A DNA stretch of 22,046 nt from a virus (IMGVR_UViG_3300023707_000001); one strand, 5' to 3'; shown: positions 8,949-16,805, numbered from the stretch's first letter. The notes: generated by a model from the letters alone, not told the origin. Program-made: numbers and translations.

Positions 8949-9492
8949 GTTCCTTTTTCCCCTTCCGCATGATTTTCATCTGCTTCCACATTTCTTTAAG
9001 TGTTATGCCCCAATGGCCTTCGTAGTCATAACCACAAATATTTAACTTGGTGATAATACAGGTCATAACACTGTCGCCCATCTTGGGCAGGCGCATTAAT
9101 TCCGCCGGCGGCGTGTCGTAAATGTCTTTTATATCGAGAAAGCCATTTCTTTCCAGGACATTTCTGGCCCGCGTATTCATCCGGCCACCAAACATCTTCT
9201 CCACAGAGAAGTTTAAGCGCGCAGGAGTTCTCACGCGCAAAGGGGTACTCTTTTCTTTTGACTTCTCTGCAGCAATTTCGAGCCGGCCAGTCAACAAATG
9301 GGTCAATGCATAAGGAGCATCTATCCATTTTTCATTCGGCACATCATAGATTTGAAGGCCGGAATCTAAGAACCTGCTCTTTACATAGCTGTCTCTTTCT
9401 GTGTCGAACAGAATTACGTCTTCACCAAGCTCCTTGCCGTATATAGCGGCAATTGTAGCCATCTTATTTTCTGCCATGCTAATCGTCCTCAT
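8929..9492 (-). CDS. Protein with C-terminal RNA polymerase alpha-subunit CTD-like domain, 187 aa
   Basis: SVEKMFGGRMNTRARNVLERNGFLDIKDIYDTPPAELMRLPKMGDSVMTCIITKL follows the alpha-CTD pattern (S.RA.N.L...GI..I.DL......L......G......I...L). Confidence 0.75.
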   Translation of the reverse strand: MRTISMAENKMATIAAIYGKELGEDVILFDTERDSYVKSRFLDSGLQIYDVPNEKWIDAPYALTHLLTGRLEIAAEKSKEKSTPLRVRTPARLNFSVEKMFGGRMNTRARNVLERNGFLDIKDIYDTPPAELMRLPKMGDSVMTCIITKLNICGYDYEGHWGITLKEMWKQMKIMRKGKKERDRGKI

Positions 9493-9493
9493 C

Positions 9494-10369
9494 TTAAATC
9501 AGCTTGTAACAACTCTCCAAACTGCCGGCGCCTCCCAGGAAGCCATTGGCATGTACAAAGATACCATCACTGATACCGGCAGCTTCATTGAGTTCTTCAT
9601 CGCGAAGTCCGCAGAAGCGCAAAGACTGAATAACCTCCATCTTACCAGGCTTATTGATACCACGGATTTTGTATCCGCCACCTTTTTCGTCGGGGAACGT
9701 AATGAACAGAATTCTTTCTTCCGGCGTATGTTTTTCATTCCAGCGCTGACATTCTTTTACGCCGTTGGTCATATAGTGTGGGAAGTTTACGATACCGTCT
9801 TTTGCATTCTGCAGCGCCTCAATACATTCCTCATGCTCCTTTACCACCTTGCGGGCATCAAGAATCATACGGTGTACAACAACCTGCGTAATATCCACGG
9901 CGCCCAGGAAAAATTCGTCCTGGTCCTCACTGTAAATATCATCGCAGTTGAGCCAGGCAATGTATTCAAAAGGACTATCCGTGAGACTGTCCTTCTTTAC
10001 ATCCTGGCCGTTATCTTTTGCCTGCAGGGTATACAACCCTTTGTCGAGAAGAAACTTTACTTCTTCGGCCAGAAGCTTGCCATCCGCAACGCACTGGTCC
10101 AAAACCAGACCCAGCGCGCTCTTCAGGATGCCGTTATCTGCATATTTGTATTCATCTGTTTTGTGCTCTGGCTGGTGATGGTCAAATTCTCCGCAGCCGA
10201 CATCGATAAGCGTATATCCGCGGGCGGCAAGTCTTCCCTGCGTTTCCGCATCCCGCTGGCTCACTCGCTCAATCCGGATATTCTCTCCGTAGAGTTCCTT
10301 AATAAAGGCCACACTTACTACATCGTCCGCGTGAAATACTCCGCTATGAACAGCAATCTTTTCAAACAT
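9494..10369 (-). CDS. myg1: MYG1 (UPF0160) family metal-dependent nuclease, 291 aa
   Basis: Signature motifs AVHSGVFHADDV, IDVGCGEFDHHQ, QAKDNG and GLRDEELNEAAGISDGIFVHANGF. Confidence 0.9.
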   Translation of the reverse strand: MFEKIAVHSGVFHADDVVSVAFIKELYGENIRIERVSQRDAETQGRLAARGYTLIDVGCGEFDHHQPEHKTDEYKYADNGILKSALGLVLDQCVADGKLLAEEVKFLLDKGLYTLQAKDNGQDVKKDSLTDSPFEYIAWLNCDDIYSEDQDEFFLGAVDITQVVVHRMILDARKVVKEHEECIEALQNAKDGIVNFPHYMTNGVKECQRWNEKHTPEERILFITFPDEKGGGYKIRGINKPGKMEVIQSLRFCGLRDEELNEAAGISDGIFVHANGFLGGAGSLESCYKLI

Positions 10370-10396
10370 ATTCTCGTTTCTCCTCTTCTTGTTTTA

Positions 10397-11062
10397 TTAT
10401 ACATACATTTTGCCAAGATTCCAATAGTGCTCTTTATCCCAGTTCTCAACTGCCTTTACTGATGCTTTCCATTCGGCTTCATACTCTTTTGCCTTTTCCC
10501 AGACGTCCTCCTGTAAAGACTTATATCCTTTTACAATATTGAACTCATCCATGATAAAGTCCAGTTTGTTTTCACTCCACCACATATCGCAGCACAGGCA
10601 AAAGCGTTCCTCGGGCATAACTGTATTTTCCATCCCGAGTTCTCTGTAAAGCGAGACAGTTTCCTGAACAACTTCGAGAAACCCAGTATAAGGAGACCTG
10701 TATAAGGTATCCTTGTATTCATTCAGGAGGGTGTCATACCGTAATGGGTCTTCATTGTACTCATTCTTAAGAGTATCCAATATGTCTGTAAATATCTTTG
10801 CGTGCTGCAGTAAGTCATAACTAAAGCAGAGCCTAGCAACAACATCCCATAACGTTTCATATCCTATTTTCTGTAGATAGGTCTTTGTTTCTTCAAACTG
10901 AAAAGGAATGTCACAGACTCTTACCTCTTGCATTTCCAGAGGGTACAACTTTCCTCTTAATGGAAGACATGATAGAAGAAACACATCAAAATGTTTCCGC
11001 GCCTGTGCATGAATAAACGCCTTAATCTTTTGCCACAAACTAAGTTCTTTGATTTTTACCAT
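10397..11062 (-). CDS. Hypothetical protein, 221 aa
   Basis: RBS AGGAG; ORF track. Confidence 0.8.
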   Translation of the reverse strand: MVKIKELSLWQKIKAFIHAQARKHFDVFLLSCLPLRGKLYPLEMQEVRVCDIPFQFEETKTYLQKIGYETLWDVVARLCFSYDLLQHAKIFTDILDTLKNEYNEDPLRYDTLLNEYKDTLYRSPYTGFLEVVQETVSLYRELGMENTVMPEERFCLCCDMWWSENKLDFIMDEFNIVKGYKSLQEDVWEKAKEYEAEWKASVKAVENWDKEHYWNLGKMYV

Positions 11063-11079
11063 GACTACTCCTTTTGCTA

Positions 11080-11658
11080 TTAAGCTGCCTGCTTTTCTTT
11101 GAGAAGGTTCTTGACGATACGGCCGGCTTTTAAGATATAATGCGCAACCAGGTCGTTTTCGCAGATTTCTTTTACCTCGAACTCGGTATCGGGGAATCTG
11201 TAAGAAACCGCAAAGTCAACCGTTTCATTGATGTGGTAATTGCCACACCACCACATTTCATTGTGGTCACCAAAGTGTACTTCCTCCTGATAGTAGGTAT
11301 CAAGCACTTCTTTATAAAACGGATGCGAGAAGGTCGTCCAGGTTTCGTCTTTCTTCAAAACCTTGAAGCCAAAGCGCAGATACTTTTCCTCTGCGTCAAA
11401 ATGACCATTCATATCATGGATAAGGAAGCCTTCTTCCATATCCTTCTTTTTATCGAACAGGTGTGGGGCAATTTCATACAGGTCGATTGCCAAATGATTG
11501 TAGCGCACCATCCCAAAGACATATTCGTACTTTCCGGAAATATATTCCTGGGTGTGTTTGTAGCTAACCTTTTCCATTGGGCGCGCAACATCACCCAGCA
11601 CTTCCTTAATATCACGGCCGTCTACACAAGTCATCATCTTCTGTATAAAAACGCTCAT
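11080..11658 (-). CDS. Hypothetical protein, 192 aa, ends -KQAA
   Basis: RBS AGGAAG; ORF track. Confidence 0.85.
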   Translation of the reverse strand: MSVFIQKMMTCVDGRDIKEVLGDVARPMEKVSYKHTQEYISGKYEYVFGMVRYNHLAIDLYEIAPHLFDKKKDMEEGFLIHDMNGHFDAEEKYLRFGFKVLKKDETWTTFSHPFYKEVLDTYYQEEVHFGDHNEMWWCGNYHINETVDFAVSYRFPDTEFEVKEICENDLVAHYILKAGRIVKNLLKEKQAA

Positions 11659-11661
11659 GCT

Positions 11662-11826
11662 TTACGACTTCCTTTCTTCTTCAGTGTTATTGTGCTTACT
11701 TTTATAGAACCTTACACATACCTCACCAACTGCCCAGAGCAAGACTTTTAACAGGTCGTTATCCGAGCAATCCCAAAGGAAGTGCTCCACATCTCTTTTG
11801 GTTATCGGGCGCTCATTTTTCATCAT
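11662..11826 (-). CDS. Small hypothetical protein, 54 aa (MMKNERPITKRDVEHFLWDC...)
   Basis: Not in ORF track; overlaps the end of the upstream gene and fills the gap to the next; RBS weak. Confidence 0.6.
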   Translation of the reverse strand: MMKNERPITKRDVEHFLWDCSDNDLLKVLLWAVGEVCVRFYKSKHNNTEEERKS

Positions 11827-12088
11827 TTTTCAGCGACTGCTCACGGAATACGCAGGTTTTTGCAAATGCTTTCATTTTCTGTTTCTTTAAGAACTTAATG
11901 AAGTCCTGTTTATCAACAGAGAATCCGAACGTGCCGTTTTCAATGAGTGCAATTACGATATCATCGCCCGCCACTTCTTCTGCATTCTTTATAGCGGTAT
12001 TACAGTTGACTGCTCTTTGCAGCTGGTATCTTATATCCCTTGCTGCACTTAAGGAGTCTGCATTCTGTTTCTGCTCAATATTTTCCAT
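11813..12088 (-). CDS. Hypothetical protein, 91 aa
   Basis: RBS AGGAG; shares GFSVDKQDFIKFLKKQK motif with 12125..12448. Confidence 0.8.
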   Translation of the reverse strand: MENIEQKQNADSLSAARDIRYQLQRAVNCNTAIKNAEEVAGDDIVIALIENGTFGFSVDKQDFIKFLKKQKMKAFAKTCVFREQSLKNDEK

Positions 12089-12124
12089 AACAATTTTCTC
12101 TCCTTTTTACATGTACTGTAAACG

Positions 12125-12448
12125 TTACCTAATGAATTCCTCTGTGATTTCGGCTGCCTCTTTCAGGTAGTCCTCTTTCTGAGCTTTTAAGAACTCAATC
12201 AATTTCTTCCGTTCAACCGTCACTCCGATCATTTTCCAATCGCCGGTTGCAGTAAACTTGCCGTGTTTCTCTGTATAGAGCGTTGCATCAGTAGACCAGT
12301 CTTTATTGGCGTCAATGGCTATTGTCAGTTCCCGGACCCTTTTCATAATATTCCTGAGGCGTTCCTGCTTTCTTTTTGCGTCCAGAAGTGTCACATCCAT
12401 CTCAGTGACCACCCTGTCAACAGCTTCCATCTTTTCTTCAAGTGTCAC
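12125..12448 (-). CDS. Hypothetical protein, 107 aa
   Basis: GTG start, RBS GGAGGTG; motif GVTVERKKLIEFLKAQK. Confidence 0.8.
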   Translation of the reverse strand: MTLEEKMEAVDRVVTEMDVTLLDAKRKQERLRNIMKRVRELTIAIDANKDWSTDATLYTEKHGKFTATGDWKMIGVTVERKKLIEFLKAQKEDYLKEAAEITEEFIR

Positions 12449-12454
12449 GTTACT

Positions 12455-12820
12455 TCACCTCCGCGCGCATAAATTATAATCACAATATTCTGACGGCTTT
12501 CTATTCTTAGGCCGCTCTTCCTGTAGTATATATATATACTTAACTCCTGTATCATTCTTTTCTACTGCCTCTTTAACATACTGTACAATATAAGAAGCAA
12601 GTTTATCTGCATGGAAGTACATCCAGTATTCAAAGGTTAATTCTTCTTCGAGAACCATGTTTCTCTTACTGTATTCTTCCTGCAGTCTCTTAATGATATA
12701 GTCCTCATCCACAAAAGTGTGCGCATGCTTTAATCCGACGACCGTCACACCTTCTGTTGTCAGCTCAAAGGCCACGATGCCGTCTTCTCTGAAATCTTCC
12801 CAATCAAATTCATACATCAT
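12455..12820 (-). CDS. Hypothetical protein, 121 aa, paralog of 13291..13722
   Basis: Shared FDWxDF, YIxxRL and WMYxHADKLAS motifs. Confidence 0.85.
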   Translation of the reverse strand: MMYEFDWEDFREDGIVAFELTTEGVTVVGLKHAHTFVDEDYIIKRLQEEYSKRNMVLEEELTFEYWMYFHADKLASYIVQYVKEAVEKNDTGVKYIYILQEERPKNRKPSEYCDYNLCARR

Positions 12821-12836
12821 ATAGTCTCTTCCTCTT

Positions 12837-13253
12837 TTAAGCTACTGAAAATCTGCCGTCCTTCTTCTCTTTCTTAATCTGCCGGAGCTTATCCTTCATC
12901 TCATTTACAGTGGTAATCCAGCGCATTTCGTAATCGTACCCATGGGCTTTTAATACATACAGGGTATGGTCAATGCTTGACAGGGTAAGTTTTTCCAGCC
13001 AGACCATCTTTTCGGGCGGATAGTTATATATGTCTTCCAGGTTTTTACAGCCTACTGCATAAAACCTTTTGCTGAGCTCTGGAGCAAGCGTTGGGTTGTT
13101 CTGCATTTTTTGCTTCAGGCTGCCACTTAACTTCGGCAGGTTACTGGCAAGCTGTTTCTTTGCGAGCAGCTTATCAATTTCGGCGCGCAGATTTTTAAGC
13201 GATTCTATATCCATACTCTCCAGATTGATATTAACAGTTAATGTATAAGACAT
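12837..13253 (-). CDS. Second alpha-CTD-like protein, 138 aa, with N-terminal coiled helix
   Basis: GCKNLEDIYNYPPEKMVWLEKL...LKAHGYDYEMRW aligns by eye with GFLDIKDIYDTPPAELMRLPKM...LNICGYDYEGHW of 8929..9492; RBS AGGAG. Confidence 0.65.
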   Translation of the reverse strand: MSYTLTVNINLESMDIESLKNLRAEIDKLLAKKQLASNLPKLSGSLKQKMQNNPTLAPELSKRFYAVGCKNLEDIYNYPPEKMVWLEKLTLSSIDHTLYVLKAHGYDYEMRWITTVNEMKDKLRQIKKEKKDGRFSVA

Positions 13254-13290
13254 AGCTCTATATATTCTCCTTCTTATTCTTCTTACTTAC

Positions 13291-13722
13291 TTAATGCATG
13301 ATAAGCTTTATATTCTCATTCTCTTTCCGCACCTTAAAGCCCTTGGGCATTCTCGGCCACGGAATTTTGCTCGCGGGTGTATAGAGACATACCTTATCTG
13401 CATACCATACATCTTCTTTCGAGTCCAAGTACAGGCCCTCGTTAATGTATCTCCAGATAAGAGAAGCGAGCTTGTCTGCATGCTTATACATCCACTTCTC
13501 AAGGCTCAGGTCACTTTCTCCTTCTCTCTCGGCATAGTCATAGCTCAAGCGCTCAAGAATATACTCTTCGCCTCCATAGGTTCCCATACCTTTTGCGCAG
13601 ATGCCGAGTACAGGTTTATCTTCATCCTCTACATTGCAGAGAACAACCGCCTCTACTCCGTACTTTTCAAAGTCTCTCCAGTCAAATGCCATATTCTCTG
13701 CCATAGTCTTAACTTCTGCCAT
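13291..13722 (-). CDS. Hypothetical protein, 143 aa, paralog of 12455..12820
   Basis: RBS AGGAG; shared motifs as above. Confidence 0.85.
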   Translation of the reverse strand: MAEVKTMAENMAFDWRDFEKYGVEAVVLCNVEDEDKPVLGICAKGMGTYGGEEYILERLSYDYAEREGESDLSLEKWMYKHADKLASLIWRYINEGLYLDSKEDVWYADKVCLYTPASKIPWPRMPKGFKVRKENENIKLIMH

Positions 13723-13747
13723 TTTATATCTCTCCTGTCTTATTCAA

Positions 13748-14512
13748 TCATTCATCTGTCTCGATAAGCAATGGCTCTGATTTTACCGCGATGTAACACC
13801 AGCACCAACTGCTGTACCGGAACTCAAGGCCATTTCTATATTTGCGCGGCGGCTCGTTTTCATAGTGTCCGCTGCAACATTTCCATACGTTCTTAACAAT
13901 CTCTTTTACAGTCTTATCTTCCGTACTATCAATATAATAGTCCGAGATAAACTTCTGTTCCGTAATGTGGTCATCACTCGGCGCCTCCGTATTATGCCAC
14001 TTGAACATAACCGTAACCAGATACTTAGCGCTCTTATTGTAGTTATCTTCGTTGATGCAGCTTAACTGATGCCGATGAGGTTCACTAAGCTGGTGAAAAG
14101 AACCTTCGTACTCTGCCATGTGTTCAATATAATATATCTGTTCCTTATCGGACAGCTTCGAGAACGCTTCCAGGAATATATCTACATCAGCAAGTACATA
14201 GTATGGCATTCTTCCACAGACATGCCGGGCTACGCCCTGGAACTCTTCATTCCAGTTGTCTCTAACCATCCGATAGAAGAACTGCTTTCTCGTCATCTTC
14301 TCCGGCGCAGTCTTACTGCTATTCTTTACCGCGCGCTGCTTTTTGTATGCGTGTGGCTCAAACTCAACCCAGACTGTATCTAATAAACCTGAGTCTCTTA
14401 CACGCTTAACACTATAGCTTTCAGGGATGTTATCCTTATTCTTCATGCTACCTTCCACATCTTTGTTGGGGTCGCACTTGGCCAGTTCGCGTATCAGTTC
14501 ATATACCTTCAT
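13748..14512 (-). CDS. Modular hypothetical protein, 254 aa, N-terminal MKVYELIRELAKCDP phage module; first gene of the left operon
   Basis: RBS AAGGAAGGTG; directly downstream of the sigmaA-like promoter. Confidence 0.85.
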   Translation of the reverse strand: MKVYELIRELAKCDPNKDVEGSMKNKDNIPESYSVKRVRDSGLLDTVWVEFEPHAYKKQRAVKNSSKTAPEKMTRKQFFYRMVRDNWNEEFQGVARHVCGRMPYYVLADVDIFLEAFSKLSDKEQIYYIEHMAEYEGSFHQLSEPHRHQLSCINEDNYNKSAKYLVTVMFKWHNTEAPSDDHITEQKFISDYYIDSTEDKTVKEIVKNVWKCCSGHYENEPPRKYRNGLEFRYSSWCWCYIAVKSEPLLIETDE

Positions 14513-14596
14513 CAGTATACACCTTCCTTGCTTATCTCTCTATCTCTTTATTCAATCTCTCTAATCTTACTAACGTATTCTTAATCTACCTAACAT

Positions 14597-14626
14597 AATA
14601 TACACGGATAACCACCTCATTGTCAA
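14597..14626 (-). promoter_or_regulatory. sigma70/sigmaA-type promoter driving the left gene block
   Basis: Minus strand TTGACA (14626-14621), 18-nt spacer, TATATT (14602-14597); AT-rich upstream; about 85 nt before the ATG at 14512. Confidence 0.75.
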
Positions 14627-14746
14627 GTAAGGGGTGTATAAAAATCTCAAGAACTTGTAATTAAGGAAAAATAAATCGGTATTAGGGTACTTCTCCTTAC
14701 CGTTCAGAACAATCTTTTACATGCCTCGGTGCAACCTCGCTCCAAA

Positions 14747-15314
14747 AAATTTGTCAAAAACTTACCTCTTTTTCTTTACGCTCTAACTCGTCTACCTCCA
14801 GCATTATCAAGGGGATAACTCGGATACTTGCCTGCGGCAACGGACTCTACATAGCATGCTACAACAAGGGGAAGGATAGAGGAACAAGGAACACGATAGA
14901 GGGGTAAAAGACACTATAATAATGGGGCGGACTAGGTACATCAATAGAATTAAAGCGATAATATAACGCTTTTTGAAAAACGGAGCTTGAATCGTACCTC
15001 ATCGAATCTCCCCTGTATGGGCCAAATTAGCCTCATATGAAGCTCCAATTTCCTTGTGGCACTTTTTAAAAATTATCCTGCTATCGTCGCGCTACGTTAA
15101 AGATAACGGGTGTAGCGGGCGTTTTGGAACTAACTTTTTACAAATGCCACTTCGAAAATCTGTATTTCAGATGTGTCTGGCGTTTTTGGTTTGCCTTCCG
15201 CAAATTTGTCCGCAAAATCCAGTTCAGAAATTTTGCTGGTGGACTGCAGTAAAAAATTTGTCCCGGAGTTTTCAAAAATCTGCACCGCGAAAAATTTGTC
15301 TTGCAAAATTTGTC
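14747..15314 (+). repeat. AAATTTGTC 9-mer x5 (14747, 15202, 15254, 15292, 15306), all same orientation
   Basis: Read directly; related AAAATCTG variants lie between them. Confidence 0.8.
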
Positions 15315-15517
15315 CAAAGTGTAAACCTGTCTTTCAAAAAGTATTATTTTCCCTATAGGGGAGAATATATCTTTTTCTTGAATTTCGTTCACTTGTATTT
15401 TTATTGTAATACTTGTGTACTCTTTCTATGGACTTGGTTTACAGATTTATATTTTATTAATTTTGCGCTTCGCGTTTTGGTTTTTGCTCCTGGGTATGTC
15501 AGGCAAAGATACGTGTG

Positions 15518-16346
15518 CTGCGCTCACAAGGTTCAAGTAACCGTTCTTAGCACACTTGTTGTATTGCGGGCTCGCTTACGCTCGCCCGCCTGAAGCCCTA
15601 AATTATATGGCTCTTTATGTGTATATTGGTATATATATATCGAACAGCACTCCTATATATGGGGAGTGTGTAGTATATATATGTATATCCTGTTAGAGGT
15701 GTGTGTGAATGATATAATTAATATATGCATAAAGAACGATACAATTTGCGCGCCGGAGGTCGCGCGCGGGTAGTAGCGGGCGGAGTATGTGAATACTCTT
15801 TCTCCCCTTGCGGTATAAAGAGGGGAATATATATGGGGATATATATTTGTATATACACGAGAAGGGAGAAATGGGATAATTCTGTATCCAGTAGATAGGG
15901 AATTTACTTGGGACAGAATGATGTAACGCCCTTTTGTAGTGTTTAACGGGGCTCGCTTCGCTCGCCCCTTGATAAGGACATGACTTAATATCTTTTATTT
16001 TATTTAAGATATTGTCATTGTCTTATCTTTTTTGATTTAATATACTTTGAACTACTTTTACTGTTCCTGTAAAAGTTTGTATCTTAAATCTTTTTTCTTT
16101 CTTGTTTTCTTTTTTGTCTTATTTTATATACGCTCGCTACGCTCGCTTTTTTAAACAAGCTCTATTTATTTCTTTTTTTTAGCTTGTTATTATGCTCGCT
16201 CGCTTCGCTCGCTCGCTTGTATATATAAATAAGCTCTTTATGTTCTTTATCTTAACCTTTATGTTTGTCTTATCTTTGTTTTGCTGATAAGACTGCGCTC
16301 ATAAGGTTTTGCTAACCGAATACAGTCTATCTGCGCTCATAAGGTT
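15518..16346 (+). repeat. 16-bp direct repeat CTGCGCTCAYAAGGTT x3 (15518-15533, 16293-16308, 16331-16346)
   Basis: Two identical copies 38 bp apart and one with a single mismatch. Confidence 0.9.
15566..16216 (-). repeat. Four GCGAGC-GNA/GNNA-GCGAGC ssDNA hairpins (15566-15589, 15948-15968, 16132-16146, 16194-16216)
   Basis: Plus strand shows GCTCGC direct repeats; the minus strand can fold each with tandem G.A pairs and loops GTAA, GAA, GTA, GAA. Confidence 0.8.
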
Positions 16347-16349
16347 AAG

Positions 16350-16628
16350 CTAAATCCCTGGAGCCAATTTAGCGGGCGGTGCCTTAATCCCTCCCGAGGG
16401 GTAGGTATGGGGACGGCCATGGATAAGTCCTGGGCGGAAATCCTTCGGGCACTTATCAGCCTTTTTACCCATGAGATAAGTAAGTGGTCTTTCTTCTTGT
16501 TTATGGGTGGGGAAGGGGCTGGTATTTTTACAGGCGTTTGTGACATAAGCTATGTTTCTTGAATATGTCATATTTCTGGAAGCGTTTGTTTTGTATAGCT
16601 TGCTTAAATATGTCACAATAGTTACCAT
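16350..16628 (-). CDS. Possible hypothetical protein, 92 aa (doubtful)
   Basis: AAGGAGTGAG upstream but spacing is long; sequence is not protein-family-like. Confidence 0.35.
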   Translation of the reverse strand: MVTIVTYLSKLYKTNASRNMTYSRNIAYVTNACKNTSPFPTHKQEERPLTYLMGKKADKCPKDFRPGLIHGRPHTYPSGGIKAPPAKLAPGI

Positions 16629-16667
16629 GGTGCTTATCTCACTCCTTTCGTAAGCATGAATTTCGGA

Positions 16668-16805
16668 TTAGGATTTACGGGCGCGCGCTTTTTGCTGTTC
16701 GCCTTTTAGTCTTCTGATTTCGCGCTCGTCCTTTTCAACTTCTATTTCGATAAACTGGTTCACTTCAGAACCTAACTCGAATAAGGCAAACAATAAAGCA
16801 AATAT
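16668..16805 (-). CDS. Possible 45-aa peptide with non-canonical ATA start (hydrophobic N-terminus, charged tail)
   Basis: AAGGAGG (16820-16814) lies 8 nt before an in-frame ATA; the track's 16901 start crosses a terminator. Confidence 0.45.
   Translation of the reverse strand: MFALLFALFELGSEVNQFIEIEVEKDEREIRRLKGEQQKARARKS

Larger units (their letters stand above)
14513..16349. other. Long non-coding control region with A-tract repeats, TATATA/GGGG tracts, direct repeats and strand-specific hairpins; candidate replication/transfer origin or genome-entry signal
   Basis: No credible CDS; three unrelated repeat families and at least 6 minus-strand hairpins (listed separately). Function is inference. 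Confidence 0.6.

Noticed and set aside
9401-10462. 353-aa plus-strand ORF
   Set aside because: Antisense shadow of the MYG1 gene; no RBS and no family-like sequence.
14811-14928. G-quadruplex from four GGGG runs on the plus strand
   Set aside because: Loops of roughly 20-50 nt are too long for a confident call.
15074-15081. TATCCTG/C match to the IncP-type nic consensus on the plus strand
   Set aside because: Orientation would fit the leading-region model, but the same 8-mer occurs at about 2155, 17392 and 19763, there is no convincing adjacent inverted repeat, and no relaxase is in view.
15054-15593. 179-aa plus ORF and overlapping 84-aa/61-aa ORFs in the intergenic region
   Set aside because: They translate the AAATTTGTC repeats; no RBS; F/L/C-rich composition typical of spurious AT-rich frames.
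14747-16346. CRISPR array or tRNA interpretation of the repeats and hairpins
   Set aside because: Repeats are short, irregularly spaced and lack uniform spacers; no tRNA cloverleaf with D/T-loop consensus was seen.
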